A stretch of 61,838 nt of DNA, counting the filler, from Basidiobolus meristosporus CBS 931.73 (taxonomy: Eukaryota > Fungi > Basidiobolomycota), in assembly GCA_002104905.1 (NCBI GenBank). It is 3 parts of 3 records of this genome, joined end to end, with 100 filler letters (N's around TTAATTAATTAA, not from the genome) between each part and the next. Parts side by side here need not be neighbours in the genome. Positions count along the whole stretch, not along the records: positions 1 to 29,830 come from MCFE01000862.1; 2 more parts are not named here. One strand, written 5' to 3'. The position numbers were made by a program, and so were the translations under genes. Under the pieces are notes generated by a model. The model was not told the DNA's origin. It was given only the letters and a program-made list of their open reading frames with translations, and searched no databases. Below, piece after piece: positions 12,401-24,230 of the stretch. Positions within the stretch are counted from its first letter, which is position 1; each line of letters starts with the position of its first letter.

Positions 12401-13366
12401 GATAGTTCCTTCTCCCACTGCATCAAGTGTTCTATTGTCACCCATGAAAACCTTCTTAATTGGAATTTCTTGATATTGGGTAAAAAGTTCTTTTTGGTGT
12501 GTAAAGTGTTGAGAAGCTCCAGAGTCAATATACCACGTCTGAGAATCCTTGTTTGTGGTCATATTTAGTGCAGATATGAATAGTCTATCTTCAGTTGTTG
12601 CAGCATTTCCATATTCAGGCTTCTTTTGCTGATAATCTCTCTTTTTGAAACACCGGTCTGATGTGTGTCCTTTCCTTTTGCAGTAGTTGCAAAATAGGTT
12701 ACTGTTGCCTTTGTAGGGTCTTGGGTACCTCCTTTGTTGGTTATCATTGCTTATTAAAGCATTTTCTTCTTCCTTCTTATTGGTGCTTGATTTTCTTAAT
12801 TCTTCATCCAGGAGCCTTCCATATACGTAATTTAAGGTCAAATCTTCAGTTCTGGACTCTAGGGCTGATACAAGGCCCTGAAACTTGTCTGTCAGGCTAT
12901 TCAGGATGGTAACTATCACATCCTCATCAGTAGTTGGTACGCCCACAGATTCCATCTCATCTACCAGCAGGGTAATTCTGTTAATTAGATTTTTCACTTC
13001 TTCTCCTGGCAGCATCTTTGTAGTAAAGAATTTTCTTCTCAGATACATTTTCTTGGCAGCTGAACATGACTGGTAGGTGTCTTCTAATGCCTTCCAGGCA
13101 TTCTTTGCTGTTTTTGCTCTTGAGCATTGAATTAGCAATTTGTCCTTGACATTAAGGCAAATGCAGTTAAAGGCACTTTGTTCTTTCTTCTGGTACTTTA
13201 AGGCTTCCTCTCCCACGTTTTTAGGAGGGCATTCTTCTCCCATGACAATATCCCAAAGGCCTCTTTCTTGCAGCAGCATCTTCATCTTCACCTTCCACAC
13301 TTGGTAGTTAGATCCATCCAACTTTTCAGCAGAGGGAAAAATTCCAGTAATAGCAGTAGTAGACAT
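9422..13366 (-). pseudogene. Copia Gag-Pol polyprotein of element C (gag, CCHC knuckle, protease, integrase, RT, RNase H) with one in-frame stop
   Basis: Motifs KLDGSNYQVW, CNYCKRKGHTSDRC, WYIDSGASQH, HRRFGH..CEAC, IRSDNGGEY, YVDDL, YSDADWG and TKHIDIRHH. A single TAA at 10031-10033 replaces TAT, and the frame continues. Confidence 0.93.
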
Positions 13367-13384
13367 TGCAGAGAGTGACAGCTT

Positions 13385-13397
13385 GGGGCTCATAACC
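13385..13397 (-). promoter_or_regulatory. Primer-binding site complementary to the initiator tRNA-Met anticodon arm (half-tRNA type)
   Basis: GGTTATGAGCCCC directly abuts the 5' LTR. The same site is at 43974-43986; variants follow the LTRs of A, B, D and G. Confidence 0.85.
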
Positions 13398-13746
13398 TGT
13401 TGTAAGAGTCTTGGAGATATTGGAAGTGATTTGGAGAACAAGTAGATTATGTGGTTTTCACTTAATGATTTATTGAATGTAAAAGTGGTATTTATACTTT
13501 TACCTGGTCTTGGCATTACAAACACGTAGAATAGGTTAAGGAAGGTCCCAAGAACATGTGTGCAAAGTTTGGGGCTGTTTGGACAACTTTGAGAATTTTC
13601 ATGTTCTGGGTACCTGGCATTTTGGTGAAAATATTCTAAGTAAATCCCAACAAGGAATTTGGTCAGTATTCTCTAGGACTTGAAGGTAATGATCTAAGTG
13701 ACTAAGTTAGGTGAATATTTAGGTGGAAATTACAAATTTTACAACA
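13398..13746 (-). repeat. 5' LTR of element C
   Basis: 349 bp; contains TATAAATA on the sense strand; followed by the PBS. Confidence 0.97.
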
Positions 13747-16260
13747 GTAAATTGACTAAGTCCAGTTTGATTTTCCATCAGGCTGATATTCCTCAGTCAT
13801 TGCAGATCTCCAAAACTTTGTCTGAGGCTATTTAGGCTCTTTTACAGTCTGGGCTCATCAATATGGACTGAATAGGCATAGGCTAAGTTTGTACCCTTAT
13901 TGATATAGTAATTTGGGCTATTTCTTGTCTGATTGGATCTCCAGGCATTTGATAGTGGAATGATCACTTCTGGGATATTCCTGGGCACTGATTCTGGCTG
14001 AACCACGGTTGTAGAGTCCTCTGGAGTGAAAAAATTTTCATTGTTTTGCTCTGATTCAATCCTGACAATTGGTGGACTTGAGATCAAATTTTTGTCATCA
14101 TCTGATGTCATTTTTTGTGAAAATTTTGAATTTTCATCAAACAACACATCCCTGGACTTGATCAGCTTCTTTGCTTTGGTATTGTAGAGTCTGTATGCCT
14201 TACTCTCATTGCAGTAGCCCAAAAATATGCATTTTACACTTTTTGGCTCAAATTTTGACTGATTTCCGGCCAGTTTTTTGGCATATGCTGTACACCCAAA
14301 TATTCTTAGATGTTCTGCACTTGGTCTGTATCCATACCATGCTTCAAATGGAGTAGAATCACAAAGTATTCTGCTATAACTCCTATTTTTAAGATATACA
14401 GCAGTGGCAACTGATTCCGCCCAAAAATCATAGGATAATTTTTGATCATGGATCATAGATCTTGCCATATCAATTATTGATCTGTTAGCTCGTTCTGCTA
14501 CTCCATTTTGCTGTGGGGAGTATGGTACAGTAGTCTCTTGCTTTATCCCATGAATTTTGCAGAAGTGGGATGAAGAGTTTTGAGGTATATTCTCCACCAT
14601 TGTCAGAGCGTATTTTCTTGATTTTTTCACCAGTTTCTCTCTCCACCATGGCTTTAAACTCCCTGAACTTAGACAGAGCTTCTTCCTTTCTCTCCATGAA
14701 GTAGACCCATGTGTATCTTGTATAATCATCAATAAAAGTGATTAAATACTTCATCCCGCCTAAGGATAAATTTTGCATAGGTCCACACAGATCTGAGTGA
14801 ATTAGATCTAATTTTTTCTTAGTTTTGATTAACCCAGAGCTCTTGAACAGTTGTCTGGCTTGTTTCCCATATATGCAGGCTTCACAGTGCTCCAAACTAG
14901 CTGGGGGATCAATTTTCACTCCAGAAATTAGCTGATCTTTGATCATTTTACGCAAATAATCAAAATTGATGTGTCCAAATCTCCTGTGCCAAAGCATTGG
15001 TGTTTCTTCATTTAAGTTACTTATATTGGCTTCCAAATATGATGGAATGTAAGTCAACTTGTATAGTTTCTGATCTCTGATGCCCAAAGCAATATGGGCA
15101 CCATTTTGATCAGTGATCCTGCATCCAGAATTGTCAAAACTGAAACTGAGTCCTTCTGCTGTGGCCTTGCTTACAGAGAGTAGGTTCTTGGCTATTTCTG
15201 GTACATAGAGTACTTCTTTAAAGGTCAGTGTATGGCTTCCTTCACTGCTTCTTAGGTTTACTTGGATAGTTCCTTCTCCCACTGCATCAAGTGTTCTATT
15301 GTCACCCATGAAAACCTTCTTAATTGGAATTTCTTGATATTGGGTAAAAAGTTCTTTTTGGTGTGTAAAGTGTTGAGAAGCTCCAGAGTCAATATACCAC
15401 GTCTGAGAATCCTTGTTTGTGGTCATATTTAGTGCAGATATGAATAGTCTATCTTCAGTTGTTGCAGCATTTCCATATTCAGGCTTCTTTTGCTGATTAT
15501 CTTTCTTTTTGAGACACCGGTCTGATGTGTGTCCTTTCCTTTTGCAGTAGTTGCAAAATAGGTTACTGTTGCCTTTGTAGGGTTTTGGGTACCTCCTTTG
15601 TTCATTATCATTGCTTATTAAAGCATTTTCTTCTTCCTTCTTATTTGCGCTTGATTTTCTTAATTCTTCATCCAGGAGCCTTCCATATACGTAATTTAAG
15701 GTCAAATCTTCAGTTCTGGACTCTAGGGCTGATACAAGGCCCTGAAACTTGTCTGTCAGGCTATTCAGGATGGTAACTATCACATCCTCATCAGTAATTG
15801 GTACGCCCACAGATTCCATCTCATCTACCAGCAGGGTAATTCTATTAATGAGATTTTTCATTTCTTCTCCTGGCAGCATCTTTGTAGTCAAGAATTTTTG
15901 TCTCAGATACATTTTCTTGGCAGCGGAACATGGCTGGTAGGTGTCTTCTAATATCTTCCAGGCATTCTTTGCCGTTTTTGCTCTTGAGCATTGAATTAGC
16001 AATTTGTCTTTAACATTGAGGCAAATGCAGTTAAAGGCACTTTGTTCTTTCTTCTGGTACTTTAAGGCTTCCTCTCCCACGTTTTTAGGAGGGCATTCTT
16101 CTCCCATGACAATATCCCAAAGGATCTTTCTTGTAGCAGCATCTTCATCTTCACCTTCCACACTTGGTAGTTTGATCCATCCAACTTTTCAGCAGAGGGA
16201 AAAATTCCAGTAATAGCAGTAGTGGACATTGCAGAGAGTGACAGCTTGGGGCTCATGACC

Positions 16261-16608
16261 AGTTGTAAGAGCTTTGGAGATATTGGAAGTGATTGGGAGG
16301 ACAAGTAGAATATGTGGTTTTCACTTAATAATTTATTGAATGTAAGAGTAGTATTACACTTTTACATGGTCTTGGCATTACAAACATGTAGAATAGGTTA
16401 GGGAAGGTCCCAAGAACATGTGTGCAAAGTTTGGGGCTGTTTGGACAACTTTGAGAATTTTCATGTTCTGGGTACCTGGTTTTTTGGTGGAAATATTCTA
16501 AGTAAATCCCAACAAGGAATTTGGTCCGTATTCTCTAGGATTTAAGGGTAATGATCTAAGTGACTAAGTTAGGTGAATATTTAGGTGGAATTACAAATTT
16601 TTGCAACA
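16261..16608 (-). repeat. 5' LTR of element B (mosaic)
   Basis: 348 bp. One part matches the 5' LTR of A and the other matches the 3' LTR of B. Confidence 0.9.
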
Positions 16609-19600
16609 GAAATAAAGTAATAGGCATTTTTTGACCTAGGCCTAAATCTGTGAGAAGCTTACTTAACCACATTGCTTCTTTTGTAGCTTCACAGCCTGCC
16701 ATATATTCTGTCTCTGTGGTAGAAAGTGCTACAGTTTGTGCTTTCTTGAGTTCCATGAAATTGCTCCTCAATAGTAAACAAAGGTGTATCCTGTGATGGA
16801 TCTTCTGTCTTCAAAATTTTGTCATCAATCTGCATCAGAGTATCCTGGAAGATTCTGTTCTGAGTCCTTATAAGTGTAGCTTAAGCAGACATCAGCAGTT
16901 CCTTTCAAGTATATAAAAATCTGCTTAACTGCTGCAATATGATCAGATCCATAGTCCTGGTTATGTTGGCTGATAACTCCCACTGAATACAAGATATCTG
17001 GACATATTTCAGGCATGATATACATCAAACTGCCAACCATAGATTGATATGGAAAGACAGGGCATTCAGATGGCATCAAGCTCTCTAGATTAGGTTGAGT
17101 TTTGACCAAGTTGAGGTTTGTCTCCATTGGGGTAGCTGCTGGTTTACAGTCTTCCATCTTGTACTTCTTTAGCTTATCTTGAATATACTTGGATTGGCTA
17201 AGGGTAATAGTCTGGGTACTTTGGTCTACGGAGGACTTAATCCCTAAGTAGTAACCAAGTTCTCCCAGATTGGACATATTGAACTCCTTAGATAGGCTGA
17301 ATATAGTTGCTTCCAATGTTGCTAGATTATTGGCAGCTATAATAAGATCATCCACATATAGAGCTAATACAGCTGGATTTGCTCTATCTGGCTTATAGTA
17401 TATTCTATAGTCAGTATTACTCCTTTTGAAACTCAGAGATTCCAATTAAGAATTTATCTTGCAATTCCAGGCTCTTGGAGTTTGTTTGAGACCCTATAGA
17501 GACTTTTAAGCTTGCAGACTAAAGGGTGGTTATCTTTGTCAACTAACCCATCAGGCTGGTCTATATACACATCCTCATCAAGTTCTCCAGTCAAGAATGC
17601 AGCTTTTACATCCATTTGATGTATAAAAAACTTATATTGGGCTGCAACAGCCAATGTTAATATGATGGAGTTAATCTTGGCTACCTGTGCAAAGGTTGTA
17701 GTATAGTCAAGTCCTTTTATTTAAGAGTATACTTTGGCCACAAGTCCTGCTTTGTATCTTTCAATTGAACCATCCATCTTGTATTTTGTCTTGAAGACCA
17801 ATCTGCATCCAATTGATTTTCTGTTAATTGCTAATTTGATTAAGTCCCAAGTTTGATTTTCCATTGGGGCCCAATATTCCACAGTCATTACAGATCTCCA
17901 GAACTTTGTCTGAGGGCTATTTAGGGCCTCTTTTTCAGTCTGAGGTTCATCAATATGGACTGAATTGGCATAGGCTAAGTGTGTACCCTCATTGATATGG
18001 TAATTTGGGCTATTTCTTGTCCAATTGGATCTCCTGGCATATGATACCAGAATACTCACTTCTGGGATATTACTGGATACTGGTTCTGGCTGAACCATGA
18101 TTGTAGAGTCCTCTGCAGTGAAAGGTCTTTCATTATTTTGCTCTGATTCAATCCTGACAATTGGTAATCTTGAGACCAGATTTTCAGCATCATCTGATGT
18201 CTTTTATGTGAGAATTTGAATTCTCATCAAACAACACATCCCTGGACTTGCTTAGCTTCTTTGCTTTGGTATTTTAGAGTTTGTATGCATTACTCTCATT
18301 GCAGTAACCCAAAAATATGCATTTGCACTTTTTGGCACAAATTTTGGCTGATTTCCAGGCAGTTTCTTGGCATTTGCTTTACACTCAAGTATTTTTAGAT
18401 GTTCTGCACTTGGTCTGTACCAATACCATGCCTCAGATAGAGTAGAATCACAAAGTGTTCTGTTATAACTCCAATTTTTTAAGATATACAGCAGTGGCAA
18501 CCGATTCCGCCCAAAAATCATAGGATAATTTTTGATCATGGATCATAGATCTTGCCTTATCAATTATTGATCTGTTAGCATGTTTTGCTACTCCATTTTG
18601 CTGTAGGTAGTATGGTTCAGTAGTGTCTTGCTTTATCCCATGAACTTGTAGAAGTGGATGAAGAGTTTTGAGGTATTTTCTCCACCATTGTCAGAGCTTA
18701 TTTTCTTCATTTTTTCACTAGTTTCTTGCTCAACCATGGCTTTGGACTCCCTGAGCTTAAACAGAGCTTGTTCTTTTCTCTCCGTGAAGTAAACCCACAT
18801 GTATCTTGTATAATCATTGATAAAAGTGACTAAATACTCATTCCACCTATGAAAATATTTTGCATTGGTCCACACAGATCTGAGTAAATTAAATCTAATT
18901 TTTTCTTAGTTTTGATCAACCCAGAGCTGTTGAACAGTTGTCTGGCTTGTATCCCATACATGCAGGCTTCACAGTGCTCCAAATTAGATGCAGGATCAAT
19001 ATTTACTCTGGAAGTTAGCTGATCTGTGATCATTTTGCACAAATAATCAAAATTGATGTGTCCAAATCTCCTGTGCCAAAGCATTGGCGTTTCTTTGTTT
19101 AAGTTACTTATATTGGCTTCCAAGTAAGATGAAATATAACTCAACTTGCATAGATTCTGATCTCTGATACCCAAAGCAATATGGGCACCATATTGATCAG
19201 TGATCTTGCATCCAGAATTGTCAAAGCTGAAACTGAGTCCTTCTGCAGTGGCCTTGCTTACAGATTGTAGGTCCTTAGCTATTTCTATGGCTGATACAAG
19301 GCCCTGAAACCTGTCTGTCAGGCTATTCAGGATGGTAACTATCATATCCACATCAGTATTGGTACACCCAAAGATTACATTTCATCCACCAGCTGGGTAA
19401 TTATGTTAATTAGATTTTTTATCTCTTCTCCTGGCAGCATCTTTGTAGTAAGGCATTTTTGTCTCAGATACATTTTCTTAGCAGCTGAACATGACTGGTA
19501 GGTGTCTTCTAATGCCTTCCAGGCATTCTTTGCCATTTTTGCTCTTGAGCATTAAATTAGCAATTTGTCTTTAACATTAAGGCAAATGCAGTCAAAGGCA

Positions 19601-19822
19601 CTTTGTTCTCTCTTCTAGTACTTTAAGGCTTCCTCTCCCATGTTTTTAGGAGGGCATTCTTCTCCCATGACAATATCCCAATGGCCTCTTACTTGTAGCA
19701 GCATCTTCATCTATACCTTCCACACTTAGTAGGTAGGTCCATCCAACTTTTTGGCAGAGGGAAAAATTCCAGTAATAGCAGCAGTAGACATTGCAGAGAG
19801 TGACAGCTTGGGGCTCATGACC

Positions 19823-20170
19823 AGTTGTAAGAGCTTTGGAGATATTGGAAGTGATTGGGAGGACAAGTAGAATATGTGGTTTTCACTTAATAATTTATTG
19901 AATGTAAGAGTAGTATTATACTTTTACATAGTCTTGGCATTACAAACATGTAGAATAGGTTAAGGAAGATCCCAAGAGCATGTGTGCAAAGTTTGGGGCT
20001 GTTTCAACAACTTGTCTAATTTTCATGTTCTGGGTACCTGATATTTTGGTGAAAATATTCCAAGTAAATCCCAATAAGGATTTTGGTCAGTATTCCCTAG
20101 GATTTGAAGGTAATGATCTAAGTGACTAAGTTAGGTGAATATTCAGGTGGAATTACAAATTTTTACAACA
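19823..20170 (-). repeat. 5' LTR of element A
   Basis: 348 bp, followed on the minus strand by the PBS variant GGTCATGAGCCCC. Confidence 0.9.
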
Positions 20171-23100
20171 TATTATACATCTTATTCCCTAAGTAAATGA
20201 CTCATAACTTAGCAATAAGCTTAAAAATTCTAATGTTCAATGAATTGTTTAGGTGTAAACAGGATGTTAACAACAGTGTAACATCTCAACTTGATCCTTG
20301 GATTCCAGGTGGTACAATCCATGGGGCCATCTCCATTTTTGGGCTTTATGTTTACTGCAGCCAACAGCCCCAACTTGTGAATTCTTTGCCTCATATTGAG
20401 TGACAAAGTATTTGGCACAATCAGCATCCACATCCAATCAGGTGGAATAAACCTATCTCCAATTTTCTTTGGATATGATCTTTCCAAAAACCACATCTAA
20501 CAGGCTGTTCAGGCTAGCCATAAGGTAAGGCAAGTGTGGCGATAAGAAAACAAACACTCACCAATATGCCCCAACCAAAATATCAAAGTAATGTGGGGAT
20601 TGTACACCCTGTCCCATATGAAGGCTTCACCACACTAATACATCTTCTTTATTCATAATCCCAATGGATTACATCACCACAGTTCCGGGGATATACTGAT
20701 GCTACAGAAGAGTATTGAACCTGATCTGCTGTTATTTTTTAAGTGAGGCCACGCGCAAAGTTGGGCATCCAAAGACAATGGGAGACGAATTCACAGAGAA
20801 GCTGCTACTGGATACACACCCTGTTCCTACGGACTTTGTTATGTGTAGCTTGCAACCAATCCACTTCACCAACATCCACGCAGGTTTCGAGAATCACGAC
20901 ATAGCATGAAATGAATTTCCAAATCGATGGCGACCAGGAATTGAAGGTAAACGGATGATGAGGAGCGATGAAGAGTATTGACGGCCAAGGCATCAGATGA
21001 CGCTTGTGGTGAGGCCGTGATTCAAGTCATTCAGGGATGGAACCGGACTGCGATGGGTGAAGTATTGAGCGCCCGATTGGGAAATGGGCGAACTTGATTG
21101 CTCATAACTCGGTCCGAAACCGATATGTACGGTTTAGGGAAAAGTTGAGGTGGATATGAAGCCGATAGGTTTCCCAAATGGGCAGAATGGACCTTGCATT
21201 TGGTAGTTAACCTATGGGCCCAACTGTGTATACCTGTCACGCTGCTTGATGAAACCGATCCACTGGGAGAGTTGGAAGGGGCTTTTCGACGATAACGGGG
21301 TCCTTAACTTCGGCAGCTGCTCTACCCCCCCCCCCGCCCAAATTCATCTCCGAATGACCCAATCCCGCTCCTGGTCCAGATTAGCCTCTGGCGATATTAC
21401 ATTTCATTTCGTTCCTGGGACCGTATAAGATTGGCGGGGATATGGCGGGGTGGGGGGATTTCGGAATGCATTTCGTCCCACCGAAGAGGCTCATTGTTCG
21501 CAGCCCACCTTTCCGCCCGGAGAAACCGTTGTATCAGTCCGCTGGGCTTAGGATCACTCAATTGTCACCGGCCAGAGAATCCGAACCCCGGAAGGAATGG
21601 CGGTGGTGGAGGTGAGTCAATAAAGGCTGGTGTTGCCCGCAGCTTTACCGATGGAGAAGCATCCCACATCCACGTATGACACGGGTGATCGAGAACATTT
21701 CATCTCGCGAAGGAAGGGTCACGTCGGTGGGATCCGTTGAATCCAAGTCAAACATCCCGGCTGGATCCCAAACAAGACAGTGGGCAGATGGCTGGGCTGG
21801 GTAGGGTTAAGCTAGGTTGGACACCAAGTAGAACCATCATGAAACCGGTCACCCACCACAGTCATATCTCGCGAGTCGACTACACGACAGTGCGCCTCTG
21901 CATGGTGTCAGAAGCCGCTAGAACACTGCATACTTGGGCAACCATTCTTGACCATTGGGGAATAAATTTACCAACCGTTTGTTTTAGAACCACACGAGCC
22001 ACCCCTTCGAGTCCATATCCGGGAGGGGTTTCAGCGGGACCGCGTCGCCGAGAGAGCATTGGTGGGGTAGCATTTCTGGCCACTGCGAGAAGAGCCGGAC
22101 CATAGCCGTCGAGGGTTCTAGTGGCGCCATCATCACCGCCGAATGATCCTGCCCATCGGAATGTGCGGATGGTCATACGTGACTAGGTGCCACCAAGGGA
22201 AGCATATTTGGTGTAGACTTCGGTTGGCTTCGACCTCAATCTGCACCAACAGCACAGCGTATCAAGGCACGACCAAATGGTGACACAGTGGATCGATTTC
22301 CGGGCCAATTTCTGAACTCTCGAGGGAATTCCATATTGGTGATGATCAGTGACACTCAAGTTACGTTCACTTGGTGGCGATGGAGAGATATCCAAATTCC
22401 CCTAACGACAACCTGCATCGGTCCACGAAGCCCTTCTGATATTGGATTCAGCTACAGGGCGGCCGCGTTCCCGTTTCTTCCCTTGCATGATAAACCGCCG
22501 TCTGCCAACAGACGGCTGACACCAGGAAGTTCCCACTTCACCGCCAGATGAATACAGGCGATTATCAGGTGGCAAAACCTGTTCGCTTATGACTCACTAC
22601 CAATCGGGGGGATTGATCCCATCGGATGGTTTTCTACACTAGCTACTTCTGCCCAACCGGTCATGGCCACTCTCTGGGAATTCAAGGAAGCCCATAACAG
22701 TGACTGCCTATTGTCGCTGGCCAATTTCAATAGAATGTCTTGCCCACAGTTGCATAGTAGTACACCACCACTCCCTCCCATATCACCCTGCACATCTATA
22801 TATATCCGGGATGGGGAGGCCCACCCATCCACACAACATCATTCACATTTATGGTGCAAATGTCAAGACAAAAGAGGCTAGATGCATGTTATTCCCCGAG
22901 TAGGAAGCACCTGGTCAATCTGGCCAAGCCCTTCCTCAGGAAGTACCCAAAAGCCACCTCAACTACGAAGGGGTTGAAATATTGGCTACCCCCTAGTGGC
23001 CACTCTACATGGTGCCAAGGCTCACGACGCAGGGAAGAACCCAAAGGGCGGGGGAGGTTGACATGTATTGTACAACCTGCAAGTATGACGGACTCGGTAG

Positions 23101-23359
23101 CTGGTACGTTGGTAATGATGACAGTTAGCTGATGAATCATCTTCGGTGCAAGCCGATCTCGAGTATGGATTAAAAACGGGTGTATTAAGAGAAGGCATTT
23201 CGTCGTCACAGACATGTACACATACATGGTCATGGGGGAGTATGAGAGAAACATCGTCGGTGAATGAGTGTGGTTTATATTTACAGTCTCCTAGTAACGA
23301 TGGGTATCCAATAAATAATCCATCCCGCAGATGTCTGCCAAGACCGGATTTCCGCCGGA

Positions 23360-23779
23360 TCACCGTTTCGACGGGATGTAATCCTGACAGCAAAAGAAGG
23401 GTGAGTCCAGGGCAAATCGGTGCACTCTACGAGACCCCGTACAAACCTGGGAGGAAAGTCGCCGCGCGCTCAGTCGCTCCACCATACCACAGATCCGGGC
23501 GAATTCCAGATGCTCCTCCAGGCCATGGTCGATCATCACGCATTGATTGTAAAGGGAGTGTCGAGAGGAAGAGGCGACGTACATCTGCAGCTCGGCAGTA
23601 GCATCTGCACACTGATCAGTCGAATGGCCCCGATGACAGTAGGTGCATGTACCGAGCGGTTTGGGGTGGCTCTTGGCGTAGCGTTGCGACCGTATTAGAA
23701 GCATGGTGAACAGGAAGAAAGGTTCGTCTCGCTTCAGGATGGCCTTCACCCAACCTTTATACCCACCCTCGCCAGACAA
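23360..23779 (-). CDS. Unassigned probable coding exon(s) with a CX2CX3HX4C motif
   Basis: 139-codon open frame containing CTYCHRGHSTDQC, with a plausible upstream acceptor (..GACAG) and a terminal intron. No family recognised. Confidence 0.35.
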   Translation of the reverse strand: MSGEGGYKGWVKAILKRDEPFFLFTMLLIRSQRYAKSHPKPLGTCTYCHRGHSTDQCADATAELQMYVASSSRHSLYNQCVMIDHGLEEHLEFARICGMVERLSARRLSSQVCTGSRRVHRFALDSPFFCCQDYIPSKR

Positions 23780-24230
23780 CCTGTCTCAGATCGGGATGAA
23801 AAAGGAGGACGAATGAAGCGATGCCCCTTGTCAGTGGATGAATCGCGATTTAGCTATTCCAAGCGAATCCATCATTATTTCAGCCCGATTCATTTGTCCA
23901 TTTATCTTGTGAAATACTCCCGCTTCTCCCTTGAACTGGCACATTCCTGTTCCCGCCATTTCAGTGGACCGCCCAATGGCCGCCCGTCCCAGCGACACAT
24001 CCACCACCACTCAGCCAACCCCCATGACCCTTGGGGAAACACGCTCACGAAAGAGGTTCGTCTTCCAAGGGGTCAGCCGGGAAGCTAGCGAAACTTGAAT
24101 AAGATGAGATTCCAATTAGACGGGGCCTAAATCAAGTTAAATTGGCGTCGATTTTCTACACAGCCTTCTCCTAAACTATTTATTGTCCTTGGCGGCATCC
24201 CATCCGTCAGACAAGTCTTCAGTATTGGCA

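Larger units (their letters stand above)
9062..13746 (-). mobile_element. Copia element C, full length (4685 bp), youngest, nested in the RT of B
   Basis: LTRs 9062-9410 and 13398-13746 show 4 differences in 349 bp by eye. TSD GTAAA at 9057-9061 and 13747-13751. PBS 13385-13397, PPT 9411-9420. Confidence 0.97.
7243..16608 (-). mobile_element. Copia element B nested in the RNase H of A and itself split by C
   Basis: LTRs 7243-7591 and 16261-16608. TSD GAAAT at 7238-7242 and 16609-16613. Host reading (..LF|QGNQGCIQLG) is continuous across the junction. Gag-Pol has stops and frameshifts. Confidence 0.93.
6651..20170 (-). mobile_element. Copia element A (oldest host, degenerate, split by element B)
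   Basis: 3' LTR ~6651-7000, PPT and RNase H end 7001-7242, continuation 16609-19822, 5' LTR 19823-20170. Many stops and a 525-bp gag/protease deletion. No intact TSD. Confidence 0.85.

Noticed and set aside
11308-13076. Short alternative-frame and antisense ORFs recurring in each copia copy (MCVLSFCSSC.., MASFTASK.., MITNKGG..)
   Set aside because: They recur because the copies are nearly identical; there is no independent coding signal.
20200-23250. Several 60-120 aa ORFs on both strands
   Set aside because: No recognisable motif or consistent splice model; a real gene may be present but cannot be supported by eye.
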